The notes under the pieces are model-generated. The model saw only the letters and a list, made by a program, of their open reading frames with translations. It was not told the origin of the DNA and ran no database searches. 64,000 nucleotides of DNA. Origin: Patescibacteria group bacterium (GTDB lineage Bacteria; Patescibacteriota; Minisyncoccia; Phycocordibacterales; UBA2100). Both the position numbers and the translations under genes were made by a program. Every line of letters starts with the position of its first letter. Position 1 is the first letter of the stretch. Positions 19,639 to 29,459 of this stretch are shown piece by piece. The stretch spans positions 13,051-77,050 of the forward strand of contig JBBTSX010000005.1 in NCBI GenBank assembly GCA_038064535.1. Direction: 5' to 3'.

Positions 19639-20736
19639 ATGAAGATAATAACAACAAAAGAAAAAATTCTAAACACCATTCTTATGGCAGAGAGAGTTAC
19701 GGGAAAAAAAGAGTCTCTTCCTGTTCTTGCTTGCATTTTCGTTGAAGCCGCAAAAGATATTACCCTCCGCGCGACGAATCTCGAGGCAGGCTTCGAATCA
19801 GTGGTGCCGGGAGAAGTTGGTGAAGTGGGGGCCGTTGCGGTACCGGCCGCCATCCTTTCACAAACGATACGCTCAATCGGCAGTGACAAGGTCGCCTTTT
19901 CTACCGATGATTCGAATCTCCTCGTGGAGTCACGGGGGACCAAAACACTCATAAAAGCGATACCACACGACGAGTTTCCTGCGTTACCGAAAAGCGCCGG
20001 GAAGAATAAAATTTCTCTTTCACGCGAGCGACTTATACACGGGATACAGGCGGTTTGCTACGCCGCTTCACCATCAATGATTCGTCCCGATCTTGGCTCT
20101 GTATACCTTTCGATCAAGGACGGTGCGATGGTATGTGTCGCGACCGACTCGTTCCGTTTGGCCGAGAAAACAGTGAGTGAAAGCGGTGCCAAGGCCGAGG
20201 GCGACGTGCTTATCCCCTTGAAGCACGCGCTCGAGCTTGTGCATATTCTCGAACACGCCGGTGACGACTCGGTGTCGCTCTCCGCCGAAGAATCACAGCT
20301 ATCGGTTTCGGCCGGGGGCATGCGTTACGTGTCCCGCGTGGTGGATGCGACGTTCCCGAACTACAAAGAAATTATTCCGAAAAAATTTACGACCGAGGCG
20401 ACGGTACTCAAAGGCGACCTCGTTGAAATGTTACGCAAGGCGCGTGTGTTTGCGGGGAACGACATGCACGTGGGTCTCCACATTTATCCGAAGAAGAAAA
20501 TATTTTCCGCGCTCGCACGCAGCTCCGATGTGGGAGAAATGTCCGACTCAATCGATGCGGCGCTCTCCGGCGAGGACCTCGACATCAATTTCCATATCGG
20601 CTACATCGCCGACTGTCTCTCATCCGTAGAATCCGATTCCGTGACACTCGGTTTTGCCGGTGCCGGTAAACCACTCGTCATCCGCGGCGTCTCCGATTCC
20701 TCTTTTCTCTATCTCGTCATGCCGCTGAACCGGTAA
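19639..20736 (+). CDS. dnaN: DNA polymerase III beta sliding clamp
   Basis: 365 aa directly after dnaA; clamp-like three-domain length. Confidence 0.9.
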   Translation: MKIITTKEKILNTILMAERVTGKKESLPVLACIFVEAAKDITLRATNLEAGFESVVPGEVGEVGAVAVPAAILSQTIRSIGSDKVAFSTDDSNLLVESRGTKTLIKAIPHDEFPALPKSAGKNKISLSRERLIHGIQAVCYAASPSMIRPDLGSVYLSIKDGAMVCVATDSFRLAEKTVSESGAKAEGDVLIPLKHALELVHILEHAGDDSVSLSAEESQLSVSAGGMRYVSRVVDATFPNYKEIIPKKFTTEATVLKGDLVEMLRKARVFAGNDMHVGLHIYPKKKIFSALARSSDVGEMSDSIDAALSGEDLDINFHIGYIADCLSSVESDSVTLGFAGAGKPLVIRGVSDSSFLYLVMPLNR

Positions 20737-20743
20737 TTCCGAT

Positions 20744-21127
20744 ATGCACACACAAACCCTTTCCAGATTGTTGTTGTGGCTGATCGCGGCCATTGTCGTT
20801 TTGTCCGGACTGAGCTTGACCGCTGACAACTGGCTGTGGCCCCACTGGGACGCATCACAGGGCGCGTGGGTGACGTCAACGAGTGATGCGTATTGGGACA
20901 ACTCGATGGGGCGATGGCAGGCCGACAAGAGCGCGATGTTTTGGAATGAAGAACGCGGCGTGTGGATGTATCAAAACGGCGTGTACTGGGACGATTCTCG
21001 CGGTGTTTGGCTCGACAAATTCGGTGACCATATCGATGCGCAGTTGAACGTGTGGGTGAGCGCCGCAGGCGATGCCTACTGGGACTCAGTCCGCCGTGAG
21101 TGGCGCCCCCTCGTCATCGCTCAGTGA
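20744..21127 (+). CDS. hypothetical membrane-anchored protein with three Trp-rich about 20-aa repeats (W..YWD.S.G.W)
   Basis: N-terminal TM helix, then repeats AWVTSTSDAYWDNSMGRW / GVWMYQNGVYWDDSRGVW / NVWVSAAGDAYWDSVRREW. Confidence 0.5.
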   Translation: MHTQTLSRLLLWLIAAIVVLSGLSLTADNWLWPHWDASQGAWVTSTSDAYWDNSMGRWQADKSAMFWNEERGVWMYQNGVYWDDSRGVWLDKFGDHIDAQLNVWVSAAGDAYWDSVRREWRPLVIAQ

Positions 21128-21228
21128 GCCGAGAGCGCGTCGTATATATCTATCCACGGTGCGTTTGTGAGAAATGATTTGCCACATCGCGTGCAACCAA
21201 TAACCGCGATGATGTTCCCCGGCATACG

Positions 21229-23664
21229 CTACTGAATCGTGAAGTTGATTTGCGTTGAGTCGTTGCCGCCGTTTACGAGCGCGGCCATTGCCTGCAGTAT
21301 CGACGGGCCGCGGGAGTTGGGGACGTACGTGATTGTGTACGGCGGCTGTGTCGCAGTGCCAACGGGTGCGCCGTTGAGGAAGTATGTCATTTTGGTGACA
21401 TTTTGCGGACTCGGATATGAGGAACTAAAGATTATAGAAGTATTCGCCGGTACGTATGAGCTCGGTGCCGGCGAGGTAATTTGGAATCCCTGCGTGATCG
21501 CGGTGCCTACTCCTGGCCCCGCCGGACCAGCGACATTGCCGACGAGAGCTTGCCCCGCGGCCCACAGCGAGACGGGGTAATCCCACGCCGCCGTTTGGCC
21601 GTCGGCAAACGGGTTCAACGGCGGCGCACCACGCGGGTCGCTCTTGTTGACCCAGTAGAGGATGTCGTGCACGCCTCGCTCGGGATGACTATTCCAGTTG
21701 CCGGTGAGGACCGGAGGCAGAGACGTTTGCGCCGGGTCGGGAGATGGCGGCGGGAAATCGCCGGACGGATATTTCTCAAGCGCATAGGCGACGAATTCGT
21801 GCCACATCGGCGCGATGATGAACGCCGCGATTTTTTTCGCCATCGGAGAGTTGTCGTTGTTGCCCGCCCACGCCCCCACCGCGATGCCGGGCGTGTAGCC
21901 CAGTATCCAGACGTCGCGGAAATCGTTGGTTGTGCCCGTCTTGTCGGCGACGTGGTAGCCATCGAACTGGAGCGGCGAATCGGCTCCAAATTCCGGCGTG
22001 CGCGCCACGTTGTCGGAGAGAATGTCGTTTATTTCACGGGCTATTTGGGGCTCAAGCACACGCGTCGCAGTGTTTTGGTATTCCTCCAAGACGTTCCCCT
22101 TCCCGTCTTCTACGCGGAGGATGCCGGTCGGCGGATTGCGTACGCCGTCATTCGCAAAGACGCTGTACGCGCCGGTCATTTCGAGAAGAGTCACTTCACC
22201 GCCGCCGAGTACGAGCGTAAGTCCGTAGCGCGCCGCGTTACCGAGCGTGGTAATGCCGAGCGATTGCGCGGTTGAAATGGCGTCCTGAATACCGGAGAGG
22301 TAGAGCGTTTTGACCGCCGCCACGTTTATCGATTGTGCAAGAGCGTTTCGCAGAGTCATCGGGCCCTTGAAGTTGCCGTCGAAGTTGGATGGCGAATAAC
22401 ACGGTGGCGCGTCGTTGAGGTTGTCGGTCGGCGCACACGCGGTCGAAAACTGTGTCGGTAGGTCGAAGACCACGGTCTCCGGCGTGTATCCTTTTGCAAA
22501 CGCGGTCGCGTAGACGAACGGCTTGAACGAAGAGCCCGGCTGGCGGTGGCTCGTCGCGATGTTGACCTTGCCGTCGATGGTGTCGTCGAAATAGCCGCGT
22601 GAGCCGACCATGACGAGAATTTGTCCGGTCGTCGGGTCGATGGCCACGAGCCCTTCGTTGGTCGCGTTGAAGTTCTCCTGCATCCGCGGCGCCCACTTGG
22701 ACACAATGTCTTCCGCCTTCTTCTGGAGGTCGTAATCGAGTGTCGTGATGACACGCAAGCCGCCCTGCGCGACCACATCCGCGCCGTACTTCTGTTCGAG
22801 ATATTCGCGGACGTAGAAGACGAAGTGCGGCGCCTTGATACCCACCTCTCTCTCATCGCGGAATTGGACCTGTTCGGAGACGGCCTGCGTGTATTCGGCA
22901 TCGGTGATGACGCCGAGCGACTTCATGCGTGAGAGTACGAATTTGGCGCGTGCGTCGAGGGCGGCGCGGTGACTGCCGTAGGGCGAGAAGTAGGTGGGCG
23001 CCTGCGGAAGCGCGGCGAGGTAGCTCGCTTGCGCGAGGTCCACGTCTTTGGCGTCGACGCCGAAGAAGTACTGACTCGCTTCCTGTACGCCGTAGATAGT
23101 GCCGCCGTACGGCGTCTCGTTGAGATACGTCTCGAGAATTTTTTCTTTCGGGTACGTTCTGGTGAGGCGAAGAGCGAGTATGATCTCTTCGATTTTGCGC
23201 GCGATGGTTTTGTTCTGTGTCAGCAGCGCGTTTTTTACCACTTGCTGGGTGATGGTCGAACCGCCCTGCGTGTACGAACCCGTCGTGATGTTTACGAAGA
23301 CCGCGCGGGCGAACGAGACCGGACGGAAACCGGCGTTTGCGTAAAACGTGTCGTCTTCGGTAGCGATTGCCGCCTTTTGAATGAACGGACTTATCTGGTC
23401 GAGCGTGACCGACGTGCGGCGCACGGAGCCGTGTACGTCGTAGAGGACGACATTGCCCGTGCGGTCGTATATCTTGGTCGACTGCGAGACCTGCCGGTTC
23501 TCGAAATTCTCTATCGACGGGATGGGGGTAAACAGCGCCCACACAATGATTCCGCCGATTCCGAAAAAGAAGAGACCCATCGCCGCGGCGATAGAAAGGC
23601 GCATCCACTCGGGGACGCGGTTGAACAAACGGCGCGTACGCCGGAACCTGCGAGACTCACTCAT
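21229..23664 (-). CDS. ponA: class A penicillin-binding protein (glycosyltransferase + transpeptidase) with a C-terminal extension
   Basis: GT51 motifs (GGSTITQQVVKN), transpeptidase SSFKPF, SxN and KTGTT. N-terminal TM anchor. Confidence 0.9.
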   Translation of the reverse strand: MSESRRFRRTRRLFNRVPEWMRLSIAAAMGLFFFGIGGIIVWALFTPIPSIENFENRQVSQSTKIYDRTGNVVLYDVHGSVRRTSVTLDQISPFIQKAAIATEDDTFYANAGFRPVSFARAVFVNITTGSYTQGGSTITQQVVKNALLTQNKTIARKIEEIILALRLTRTYPKEKILETYLNETPYGGTIYGVQEASQYFFGVDAKDVDLAQASYLAALPQAPTYFSPYGSHRAALDARAKFVLSRMKSLGVITDAEYTQAVSEQVQFRDEREVGIKAPHFVFYVREYLEQKYGADVVAQGGLRVITTLDYDLQKKAEDIVSKWAPRMQENFNATNEGLVAIDPTTGQILVMVGSRGYFDDTIDGKVNIATSHRQPGSSFKPFVYATAFAKGYTPETVVFDLPTQFSTACAPTDNLNDAPPCYSPSNFDGNFKGPMTLRNALAQSINVAAVKTLYLSGIQDAISTAQSLGITTLGNAARYGLTLVLGGGEVTLLEMTGAYSVFANDGVRNPPTGILRVEDGKGNVLEEYQNTATRVLEPQIAREINDILSDNVARTPEFGADSPLQFDGYHVADKTGTTNDFRDVWILGYTPGIAVGAWAGNNDNSPMAKKIAAFIIAPMWHEFVAYALEKYPSGDFPPPSPDPAQTSLPPVLTGNWNSHPERGVHDILYWVNKSDPRGAPPLNPFADGQTAAWDYPVSLWAAGQALVGNVAGPAGPGVGTAITQGFQITSPAPSSYVPANTSIIFSSSYPSPQNVTKMTYFLNGAPVGTATQPPYTITYVPNSRGPSILQAMAALVNGGNDSTQINFTIQ

Positions 23665-23709
23665 GGTACAGTCAGTTTAGCTTTTTTTGCGCTTTGCGGC
23701 GACCCCGTA

Positions 23710-24210
23710 CTAGACGCGAGCATCAGTACGGGGCGAGGCACTGCGAGAACGGGCCAAATGCGTGACGCCGATGGCTATCGCGTCGTACTCGTCGTCATGG
23801 CGGATGACCTTGTCGATTTTTACGAGCGCATGCAACATTTTGGCGACTTGTGTCTTGTCTGCGGAGCCCGAGCCCGCGGCCGCGCTTTTCACTTCACCCG
23901 GCGAGTACTCGAACACCGGTATTGCGGTAGAGCCCGCGAGCGAGAGAAGCGCGCCGCGCACCTCGGCGACCCGCATTGCCGTCTTCTGGTTCTTCGCGAA
24001 GAACAGTTTTTCCATCGCAATACAATCGGGCGCATGTGCTTTCACCAGCCGCTCGCACGCACGCACCACCTGCTGGAGCCGCTCTGCGAAGTCTTCTTCT
24101 GCGGACGTCTCGATGCATTCCGAATAGATGAGCACGTTTTTTACGCCGTCACGTTCCACTATGGCAACCCCACAGCGGCCGTACCCAGGGTCAATGGCAA
24201 GCACTTTCAT
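23710..24210 (-). CDS. ruvC: crossover junction endodeoxyribonuclease RuvC
   Basis: MKVLAIDPGYGRCGVAIVE and catalytic acidic residues; 166 aa. Confidence 0.88.
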   Translation of the reverse strand: MKVLAIDPGYGRCGVAIVERDGVKNVLIYSECIETSAEEDFAERLQQVVRACERLVKAHAPDCIAMEKLFFAKNQKTAMRVAEVRGALLSLAGSTAIPVFEYSPGEVKSAAAGSGSADKTQVAKMLHALVKIDKVIRHDDEYDAIAIGVTHLARSRSASPRTDARV

Positions 24211-24357
24211 ACTACAAGTATACAGGCAAAGGAAAAGGACCGTAGCTTCCTCGTCGTGCGTCAGAAGTTATGGAACGCACTCGAACCGGTCGTCGGACAA
24301 CACGGTGCGTAATAGAGCTAGTGGTCGTACCGTTTCCTTGTGTATCGATTCAAAATC

Positions 24358-24387
24358 CCTATACTTAGGTTTATGACTAAGTATTGG
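24358..24387. promoter_or_regulatory. palindromic operator-like site ATACTTAGG..CTAAGTAT overlapping the start codon of the ArsR-family gene
   Basis: Inverted repeat centred on the ATG at 24373; same half-sites as the downstream palindrome 24773-24808. Confidence 0.5.
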
Positions 24388-24771
24388 AACCCGAGAAGGA
24401 TTAAACGTATCAAAGAACGTGAAAATCGGACGGCGGAACTTGCCGCAGAAAAAGCAGTCGCGCTACGAGAGCGCACGCGTTCACATACTCCGGGCGATAC
24501 ACGAAAAAATACAGTGCTCATACTAGACGCTCTTGGCCTACCTCTACGGCGACGGATGATTGGGCGACTCAAGCGGGGAGGTGCGATGTCAGTTTCCAAA
24601 TTGGCTGAACCGTTTCGCATAACGCTTCCGTCGGCGCTCGAACAAGTCCGCATCCTGGAGCGTTCAGGCATCATTTCAACGCATAAGCACGGCCGCGTCC
24701 GTCTGTGCGTCTACAGGCCGCAAGCGCTGAGAGAACTCGCGCACGGGCTCACCACTGGGGAAGTAGATTAA
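24373..24771 (+). CDS. ArsR/SmtB-family HTH transcriptional regulator
   Basis: Winged-HTH pattern ILDALG...VSKLAEPFRITLPSALEQVRILERSGIIS. Start re-picked at the ATG inside the upstream palindrome. Confidence 0.7.
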   Translation: MTKYWNPRRIKRIKERENRTAELAAEKAVALRERTRSHTPGDTRKNTVLILDALGLPLRRRMIGRLKRGGAMSVSKLAEPFRITLPSALEQVRILERSGIISTHKHGRVRLCVYRPQALRELAHGLTTGEVD

Positions 24772-24772
24772 C

Positions 24773-24830
24773 ATCCCAATACTTAGGTAAAAACCTAAGT
24801 ATTGGGATAGGGTCGAGTCGATTTTTTGGG
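24773..24830 (+). terminator. perfect 15-bp-arm palindrome ATCCCAATACTTAGG TAAAAA CCTAAGTATTGGGAT followed by a T-run; probable terminator and operator for the downstream VIT gene
   Basis: Hairpin plus TTTTTT at about 24821-24827. Shares half-sites with the 24358-24387 site. Confidence 0.55.
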
Positions 24831-24858
24831 GAGCGTGCAGAAGTGGTACGATACTGGA

Positions 24859-25356
24859 ATGAAAGCAACGGCTCTACGCAGTGCTCTGTTCTTGCGCAAC
24901 TTGGTGTTTGGAGTGGAAGACGGCCTCGTTTCTACGGTGGGTCTGCTCTCCGGCATCGCCATCGCCGGCGTGGACCGCGAAACCATTTTTCTCACAGGAG
25001 TGGTGCTCATTTTTGTGGAGGCGTTCTCGATGGCCGCCGGTAGTTTCCTCTCGGAGGCATCGGTCGAAGAAATGGGCGGGGGAGTTGACGATACCCGCGG
25101 TTCAGTGGCGGCGGGGGCTGTCATGTTCACCTCATATTTTGCGGCGGGCCTCGTCCCGCTCTTGCCGTACCTTTTCTTCAGCGTCGCGACGGCATTCGCC
25201 ACGTCGGTTGCGTGCTCTATTCTCGCGCTCTTTATACTCGGGTATTGGAGTGGGAGGGAAACGAGGGCCGTCTGGCGCAAGACATTACGGATGGGACTTG
25301 TAGGCGGACTCGCGATACTTGTGGGCGCGCTTGCGGGTACATTCGTGCATTTATAA
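24859..25356 (+). CDS. VIT1/CCC1-family iron/manganese transporter
   Basis: FGVEDGLVSTVGLLSGIAIAG motif and 5 TM segments are typical of the VIT family. Start re-picked at MKATALR. Confidence 0.7.
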   Translation: MKATALRSALFLRNLVFGVEDGLVSTVGLLSGIAIAGVDRETIFLTGVVLIFVEAFSMAAGSFLSEASVEEMGGGVDDTRGSVAAGAVMFTSYFAAGLVPLLPYLFFSVATAFATSVACSILALFILGYWSGRETRAVWRKTLRMGLVGGLAILVGALAGTFVHL

Positions 25357-25461
25357 GGAGCGGCGCTTTTGGCGTCGGTGGCGAAAAATCTCGTACCTCT
25401 GGCTTAGCGTAGAAATCGGTATAGGATACGTACAGCAAATAATAAGAAGGGTGAGACGGCC

Positions 25462-25857
25462 ATGACATATAAATACTTCGCCGGAGCCTACCTGGCGGCC
25501 GCGCTGTACTCGGAGAATCTGGAACGGCAATGCAGACTGCCGAATGGCGCATGGAGCTGCGAGGCGGGCAGGATCCTCACGGATGAGTTCACTCGCCATA
25601 CCGAAGACGCTCTGCGATGCGATACGGCAGCGCTCCTACGCATCCGTGCGATTGCCGGGCTCGTCGCACAAGCACCGAAAGATTGCTTGCGCCCCGAAGC
25701 GCGTCTGTATATGACTGTCCTGCTCGAGCACGCGAAACACGTGACCGAGAACTATCACCGCTTGTTCCACCGCAATCGCGAATTGGAACCGACGATGAGC
25801 AGTCTCGCAGAGCGGTTTGCAGCTGGCATAGAACAATTGAGAAAGGCGGGCGCATAG
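25462..25857 (+). CDS. hypothetical protein
   Basis: 131-aa ORF convergent with the HD-domain gene; no homology recognised. Confidence 0.3.
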   Translation: MTYKYFAGAYLAAALYSENLERQCRLPNGAWSCEAGRILTDEFTRHTEDALRCDTAALLRIRAIAGLVAQAPKDCLRPEARLYMTVLLEHAKHVTENYHRLFHRNRELEPTMSSLAERFAAGIEQLRKAGA

Positions 25858-25898
25858 GCGCCAAAGGGAACGGGCCACTCCATGGGAGCGGCCCGTCT

Positions 25899-26561
25899 TC
25901 ATGTGTCACCGTTAGCGAGCTCGGTGGCAAGAAGTTCCATACTGCTTCGCAATCCTGCCGAGAGCTTCCTGAACGGTTCGAGGTCGTGTTCTTCGATAAG
26001 CGGGAGTATGAACTCCCACGTTTCGACGAGCTTTGCCGCACGTTCTTTCGCCGTGTGTTTCCACATAGTGAGAACGTTGTCCCACCGGTCGACGCCTTTG
26101 AGGAGCTTTGTATAACGGCGTGCGCCCGCGAGCTGGAGATGGTAGAGAACATCGACAGCGCGCTTATTCAGTTTGCGTGTCTCCTTGGGTCGCGTCATTT
26201 CGGCGATGTGGGTCGCGGCATTCTCGTTGAACTCGCGAACAAGCCGCTCGTAACGCCAGCGATTCCGGTGTTTTTCCATGATGTCGTGCAGCAGCGCCCC
26301 CACGACGAGGTCGGGGTCCCACACGTCCAAGTACAGCATCAGTATGAGCGCGATTCTCACCGAATGACGGGAATATGGTTCCCCGCTCTTCCTGCGCTCA
26401 TGCTTGAAAGCCGACTCGTTAATCCGGTATGCCTTTTTCACCTGCTCGTAAGCGGCACTTCCAACCGGATGCTTCGTTTCCACCACCTCAAGGAATTGCG
26501 TTTCGGTCTTGATTTCGAACAAGAATGCAAGCTCGGGGCGCATCGCTGACGACAGGCTCAT
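25899..26561 (-). CDS. HD-domain phosphohydrolase, RelA/SpoT-hydrolase-like (small (p)ppGpp hydrolase-like)
   Basis: SGEPYSRHSVRIALILMLYLDVWDPDLVVGALLHDIMEKH matches the HD motif of the SpoT hydrolase domain. Start uncertain. Confidence 0.55.
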   Translation of the reverse strand: MSLSSAMRPELAFLFEIKTETQFLEVVETKHPVGSAAYEQVKKAYRINESAFKHERRKSGEPYSRHSVRIALILMLYLDVWDPDLVVGALLHDIMEKHRNRWRYERLVREFNENAATHIAEMTRPKETRKLNKRAVDVLYHLQLAGARRYTKLLKGVDRWDNVLTMWKHTAKERAAKLVETWEFILPLIEEHDLEPFRKLSAGLRSSMELLATELANGDT

Positions 26562-26708
26562 TCGCTTGAACACCGTCTTGGCATGCGGACCGCGTAGCTT
26601 GAATCGGGCGGAGCCATTGCCGCCCACATGATTGGGCATGGCATGTCTCCTTCATGAAGTCTATGCACTGCCCGCGACAGTATCATCAGCCCCCGTGTGC
26701 GGCAATAG

Positions 26709-27242
26709 TCAGGCCGCGTTGGTGTAGACGTTCTCCACGTCGTCGTGTGCGTCGATTTTTTCCAGAACTTCCATGAGCTTCGCACTATCTGTGTCAGAAA
26801 GGGGAACGGTGGTCTTGGGCACACACCCTTCCTCAATACTTTTTTCGAATGCCCACATCGCGGAGCCGGGCGCGGCGAGCGCGAGACCGTTTTCGGTGAG
26901 CAGGTGCTTTATTTCCTGCGCAGTCCTGTTGCGGCTATCGGTGAGCGCTTCGATGAGGATGGCCGCGCCACCGGGACCGTATGTCTCGTAGGTGATTGAT
27001 TCGAGCGACGCCGCATCGGCCGAGGTGCCTTTTGCAACCGCGCGGTCGATAGTGTCTTTGGGCATGTTGGCTTTTTTGGCGGTCTCGATGATGGCGCGAA
27101 GCCCCGGCAAACTGGTGTCACCGCCGGCTTTTTTGCTCTCCACCGCAATGCGCCTGCCGAGCTTGCCCCACAAATTGCTCTTGGCCGCATCGGCCGCGCC
27201 CTTCTGCCGTTTGATTTGCGCCCATTTGTTGTGACCTGACAT
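26709..27242 (-). CDS. yebC: YebC/PmpR-family transcriptional regulator (short form)
   Basis: MSGHNKWAQIKRQKGAADAAK ... ITYETYGPGGAAILIEALTDSRNRTAQEI. Start re-picked at MSGHNKW. Confidence 0.8.
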   Translation of the reverse strand: MSGHNKWAQIKRQKGAADAAKSNLWGKLGRRIAVESKKAGGDTSLPGLRAIIETAKKANMPKDTIDRAVAKGTSADAASLESITYETYGPGGAAILIEALTDSRNRTAQEIKHLLTENGLALAAPGSAMWAFEKSIEEGCVPKTTVPLSDTDSAKLMEVLEKIDAHDDVENVYTNAA

Positions 27243-27297
27243 GGGGAACAGTTTATAGTTTTTAGTCGGTAGTGAACAGGGGGGGGGTATGTAAAAA

Positions 27298-27326
27298 ATG
27301 TCGGCGGCCATGGGCCGCCGTTTTTT
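27298..27326. terminator. bidirectional intrinsic terminator (CGGCGGCCATGGGCCGCCG flanked by an A-run and a T-run)
   Basis: Perfect GC-rich hairpin with AAAAAA on the 5' side and TTTTTT on the 3' side. Confidence 0.6.
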
Positions 27327-27346
27327 ATTCGTTGCAATCAGGCGGC

Positions 27347-27733
27347 TCACTGGAGCCTGAAGACGCCCTTGTCCACATTGCGGTATTCAACGGGACGCCA
27401 GTCCCGCGAATGTGCAACATCGACCGCGAAGATCTTGCCGTCAAGTGTCGCCTGCCACCAGTCGAGATAATTTGAGAGCTTCGGAAAGTTCGGCAACATG
27501 TCGTCGGTCTGCCACGCCATGGTTTGCAGTAACCAAGGGCGGTCCGGCCGCCAGAATAGAATCTTTGCGAGTACCAGCACCGGAGCCGTGACCCGTTCGG
27601 GCGCACCAATCAGATAGGCCATTGTCGCACTCCCTCTCTCGAGAGACTCAACTGTCCCCATGTAAGTAGACGCCCGCGCGAGGGCTCGGTCAATGCACAT
27701 ATTGTGCACAGCATTATGCACATAGTTATCCAC
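27347..27733 (-). CDS. hypothetical protein
   Basis: 128-aa ORF, Trp-rich; no homology recognised. Confidence 0.4.
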   Translation of the reverse strand: MDNYVHNAVHNMCIDRALARASTYMGTVESLERGSATMAYLIGAPERVTAPVLVLAKILFWRPDRPWLLQTMAWQTDDMLPNFPKLSNYLDWWQATLDGKIFAVDVAHSRDWRPVEYRNVDKGVFRLQ

Positions 27734-28021
27734 CTACTTATACAGTGGTTTTCCACTGAAACGCGATATTTGCTCCAAACGGCGGCTTACAGAAAAGTTT
27801 TATACTCTACGAACTGATGCGCTTTACCGTGCGTCGGTCGCTCACTTGGGGGCGGTGGCAACATCGAGAATCCCGGAGAGCAGTTCCCAGAGTATATCGG
27901 AGCGTACGTTCCGAGACAGTGCGGGAATCGTCGGCTAGAGCACAGAGGTGTCGGGCGCGCAGCGAGGAGATCATATCGATTTGCTCCGGACCTAGCACTT
28001 ACTCGAAATAGTCGAGAACGA

Positions 28022-28050
28022 AAAAGCCTCCCGCAAGGGAGGCTTTTCGT
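28022..28050. terminator. intrinsic terminator hairpin AAAAAGCCTCCCGCAAGGGAGGCTTTTCG
   Basis: Stem-loop with flanking A and T runs in a gene-free stretch. Confidence 0.6.
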
Positions 28051-28162
28051 ACCGTGCGTACGTGCACCTATTGTACGCGCTCAATTTTCAATATTTCCTC
28101 TTATCCACAAAAAGAATCACGGCCGCCTCTGTTGAGGCGGCCGTTCAATTGGTGTCCCGACC

Positions 28163-28909
28163 CTACATTTTCTTTGGGTCGAATTCGAACAGCATGCACA
28201 CTTTCAGTATTTTTGTCTTGAATGGCGTCACCAAAGGGTTTGTGAGCTCCTTATGCACACGGGCTACGGCGATGCAGACGGTGTTATGCGCCTTTCTGAG
28301 ATACCGCGCGACAAGGCCTTGGTAACTTGACTCGACGACCATATGGTAGAGGACAGCGATAACGATATAGCGTGCCTGAGAGGCCTCAGGAGTCGGGCTT
28401 GGTCCCAGCACGTCGTCACGCGTTGCATCTCCGAGACACAAGAGAGTTTTCGCAATAAACTCTTCGCCCTGCTCTTTTAGTTTTGCTTCAAGTTGCGCTT
28501 TTCGTTTCGCGCCCAGCTCACCCGTACTCGGCTTCTTCGGCGCACCATCCGCATTGACGGCGGCGAGCAGTTTTTTCAACTGGTCCATCTCGTTGGCGTT
28601 TCCGAGCGTGTCGATATGGTGCACCATATGCGCCATGAGCCTTAGAAGGTCGCCAGTGTGAATGCGCAGCAGTCTGGCCGTTGGTGTCGGGTCGAGACCC
28701 ACGCGCCTCCGTATGGCGTAGGCAAGCGTGCCGACCAAGCTATTCTTCGGTGCCCGTCCCAATATCCTGGGAATTTCTTCTGCAGTGCATCCGTGGACGC
28801 TGCACCACACGTTGAGAAGCCGCTGTGCACGAACTTCTTTACTGTCCGGCACGGCGGCCACAGGTTCGTGCGCGTCTTGAAGCGCGAGCTCACTCATGAT
28901 GGGCTCCAT
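28163..28909 (-). CDS. hypothetical protein with two DnaA-C-terminal-like helix-turn-helix repeats
   Basis: Segments LAYAIRRRVGLDPTPTARLLRIHTGDLL and LVARYLRKAHNTVCIAVARVHKEL resemble the DnaA domain IV helix. Confidence 0.4.
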   Translation of the reverse strand: MEPIMSELALQDAHEPVAAVPDSKEVRAQRLLNVWCSVHGCTAEEIPRILGRAPKNSLVGTLAYAIRRRVGLDPTPTARLLRIHTGDLLRLMAHMVHHIDTLGNANEMDQLKKLLAAVNADGAPKKPSTGELGAKRKAQLEAKLKEQGEEFIAKTLLCLGDATRDDVLGPSPTPEASQARYIVIAVLYHMVVESSYQGLVARYLRKAHNTVCIAVARVHKELTNPLVTPFKTKILKVCMLFEFDPKKM

Positions 28910-29048
28910 TGTTTCGTTCAAACCTCTTGCGCTATGGTATGTCGGGCACGCCACCACCGCAAGACTTAGAGCAATGGTTTTTGTGTTGCGGGCGAGTCAG
29001 CGCCGAGGTGCTCGTAGGATTTCTTTGTCGCGGACGCGCGGAGCGCGT

Positions 29049-29435
29049 TTACTGCACAGCCTCGGGTGTCTTCAGGGAGTTCATATAGAGAACGGTCGCG
29101 GCGGGTGTGAGCGCGACGACCGCGTACTCTATCCACACATACGACGTGAGGAATGCGGCGAAGCCGGCGGCAGGGACGACATAGACGGCGTCGAGCGCCA
29201 TATGTAGTATCGCCCACCCGAGTCCCGCGAGGATTGCGAATTGTAGAGAACCAATCGGGAACATGCGCGTCGCAATTGTCATTGCGAGCGCGGTCACCGC
29301 GTAGCTCACAATCTGCGCACCCAAGCCGTAGCTCATACCGTATGCTGCGAGCAATGACCACAACATGAAGATGGTGGCGTAGGTCAGGAAGCCGTACAAT
29401 AGAAAGCGAGTATAAGGAAAACCCTGCATATGCAA
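29049..29435 (-). CDS. small polytopic membrane protein, paralog A (partner of the divergent HExxH secreted protein)
   Basis: 128 aa, about 4 TM helices. Clear paralog of 31702..32103 (YATIFMLWSL..AQIVSYAVTALAM vs YATVFMLWSL..AQLASYAVTALMT). Confidence 0.55.
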   Translation of the reverse strand: MHMQGFPYTRFLLYGFLTYATIFMLWSLLAAYGMSYGLGAQIVSYAVTALAMTIATRMFPIGSLQFAILAGLGWAILHMALDAVYVVPAAGFAAFLTSYVWIEYAVVALTPAATVLYMNSLKTPEAVQ

Positions 29436-29459
29436 ATTCTACCATCCAATCAGTAGCAT

